In this document: piece by piece, positions 62,428 through 64,000 of the stretch
Numbering within the stretch: the stretch's first letter is position 1
Layout of the letters: every line of letters starts with the position of its first letter
Assembly (NCBI GenBank): GCA_902777005.1
Contig: CACYSB010000003.1
Span: 10,614-74,613 of the forward strand
DNA: 64,000 nucleotides
Reading direction: 5' to 3'
From: an uncultured Bacteroidota bacterium
GTDB taxonomy: Bacteria; Bacteroidota; Bacteroidia; Bacteroidales; P3
Translations under genes and position numbers: made by a program
The notes under the pieces: generated by a model
The model's input: the letters and a program-made list of their open reading frames with translations, nothing else
The model's database searches: none
What the model was told of the DNA's origin: nothing

Positions 62428-64000
62428 ATGAAGAAGAAGATACTGATTCACGCGGGACTTATACTTGCCATGCTGGCAGTAGCCTGCATTTATATGTCAC
62501 CGGTGCTCCAGGGCAAGGACATTGTGCAGGGCGATACACTGAAATGGAAGGCCATGGCCAAGGAGCAGCACGACTTTCACGACAAGACGGGCGAGTACAG
62601 CACATGGACCAGCTCTATGTTCGGCGGCATGCCGTCATACCAAGTGACCACGCCTCCAAACAAGTCGTTTTTTTACAAGACATTCCAGTTTCTTAACCTA
62701 AATATTCTGGGACACGACAATAATATCGGCATCATCTTCCTATACCTCCTAGGATTCTATGTCGCATTGATAGCAATTGGGCTCTCCCCATGGCTCAGTT
62801 TCCTTGGAGCACTGGCCTTCGGACTTGGCAGTTACAACATCATAATCATAGAAGCGGGGCATATCACAAAGGCCTACGCGATGTCAATGATAGCTCCCAT
62901 CTTCGGAGGTATGCTCTTGATACTGCGAAGGAGGAAGTATGTCTGGGGCGGCATTCTCTTTGCAATGGCATTGGGCATCCAAGTGGCCAGCAACCACATC
63001 CAGATTACCTACTACACGATGATAGGAGCCATAATCCTTGGCATTGTGTATTTCATTTACGCCATCAAGGACAAGACGATGAAACCCCTGCTGACAGGAT
63101 TATGCATCATGTTGATAGGAGCGCTGTTCGCCATAGGGGTCAACGCTCGCATGTTCGTGAACCAAGAGTATGTGAAATACACTATGCGTGGCGGCAACGA
63201 GCTGACGGTGACAGCGGAGGACCTGTACCATGAGCAGAATGCCACTGCCAGCCAGAACACCAGCACAGGACTTGACAAAGGATACGCTTTTGCATGGAGC
63301 TACGGCGTGGGAGAGACATACACACTGCTGGTACCGGGCGCTTATGGCGGCGGCAGCGGCGAGAAGGTCAGCACAGAGAGTGCATTCTACAAGACCTTCC
63401 ACAGCAACCAGGCACCGCTATACTGGGGCAACCAGCCGTTTACCAGCGGACCCGTATACTTTGGAGCCATCATAATATTCTTGTTTGTCATGGGTCTTTG
63501 GGTAGTAAAGGGCCCGGAACGCTGGTGGCTACTTATCGCCACCATTCTGGCGATACTGATGTCGTGGGGCAAGAACCTGATGGGCCTAAATGGCTTTCTG
63601 TTCGACCACTTGCCGATGTACAACAAGTTCCGCACGCCATCCATGAGTTTGGTGATTGCCAACGTAACCATGGTAATAATGGCTGTACTGGCGCTGAAAG
63701 CCATCTTTGACAAAGACAACCCTGTGGAGCAAAAGAGACTGAACCTTGGTTTGTATTTCTCCTCAGCCATCACAGCAGGGTTTATACTTCTGATGATGGT
63801 CTTCTCAGGAAGCTTTTCATTCTCTGGTGCAAGCGACATACAAATGGCATCACAATACGGTGCGCAGTGGAATATGATCCAGGATGTGCTCATCAAAGAC
63901 CGCAAAGCGCTTTTTATGGCCGATTCCTGGCGCTCAATAATACTGATTCTGATTGCCGCCGCGTTCCTGTGGCTGTATATCAACCGAAAAATAAAGAACA
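62428..64000 (+). CDS. large polytopic membrane protein (YfhO-like), 3' end beyond the window
   Basis: Own translation from ATG 62428 stays open to the window end: MKKKILIHAGLILAMLAVACIYMSPVLQGKDIVQGDTLKWKAM...SMFGGMPSYQV... Not in the ORF track because it has no stop. Confidence 0.7.
   Translation, partial: MKKKILIHAGLILAMLAVACIYMSPVLQGKDIVQGDTLKWKAMAKEQHDFHDKTGEYSTWTSSMFGGMPSYQVTTPPNKSFFYKTFQFLNLNILGHDNNIGIIFLYLLGFYVALIAIGLSPWLSFLGALAFGLGSYNIIIIEAGHITKAYAMSMIAPIFGGMLLILRRRKYVWGGILFAMALGIQVASNHIQITYYTMIGAIILGIVYFIYAIKDKTMKPLLTGLCIMLIGALFAIGVNARMFVNQEYVKYTMRGGNELTVTAEDLYHEQNATASQNTSTGLDKGYAFAWSYGVGETYTLLVPGAYGGGSGEKVSTESAFYKTFHSNQAPLYWGNQPFTSGPVYFGAIIIFLFVMGLWVVKGPERWWLLIATILAILMSWGKNLMGLNGFLFDHLPMYNKFRTPSMSLVIANVTMVIMAVLALKAIFDKDNPVEQKRLNLGLYFSSAITAGFILLMMVFSGSFSFSGASDIQMASQYGAQWNMIQDVLIKDRKALFMADSWRSIILILIAAAFLWLYINRKIKN

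Overview
Bacteroidota (Bacteroidales-type) chromosomal window. The taxon call rests on many TAnnTTTG -7 promoter boxes, a T9SS C-terminal sorting domain, PorP/SprF, and no Shine-Dalgarno usage. The GC-rich core (about 20.4-64 kb) holds housekeeping genes: prs, korA/korB, an S8 peptidase, rnhB, dapA, tsaD, PorP/OmpA, kdsA, an RND efflux operon, pyrC, a purF-like gene, ftsK, a PgpH-like HDIG protein and a YfhO-like protein. Two visibly AT-richer accessory segments stand out. GC was judged by eye, not computed.

(1) 1202-20368 is a roughly 19-kb island integrated into the 3' end of tRNA-Leu(CAA), bounded by a perfect 19-bp direct repeat. It has a small phage-satellite-like core: tyrosine integrase, Xis-like HTH, iteron-preceded gene II/X-type Rep, and a TerS-like HTH protein. 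Its cargo is a long minus-strand defence operon: SNF2 helicase, DUF4391, orf92, Type III Mod, a frameshifted HEPN-like gene, an AlbA_2/Schlafen-like ATPase-HTH, then Type III Res. ASCH and AAA+/DUF4143 genes follow, and the right end is dense in repeats.

(2) 34.6-37.2 kb is a two-gene islet: an EcoRI-family N6A methyltransferase plus a DUF262(ParB-like)-HNH nuclease. It is preceded by a promoter and a roughly 250-nt highly structured, pseudoknotted leader or ncRNA of unknown class.

Other notable signals:
- korB is disrupted by an out-of-frame internal deletion.
- A ZIP-transporter remnant sits next to attR.
- A four-copy family of 90-140-bp CTCCG/CGGAG imperfect palindromes lies upstream of + strand operons.
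- Period-7 microsatellites occur both between and inside genes.

All functional calls come from motif and sequence recognition by eye. No database search, HMM or folding program was run. Many track ORFs are antisense shadows of GC-rich genes and were rejected.
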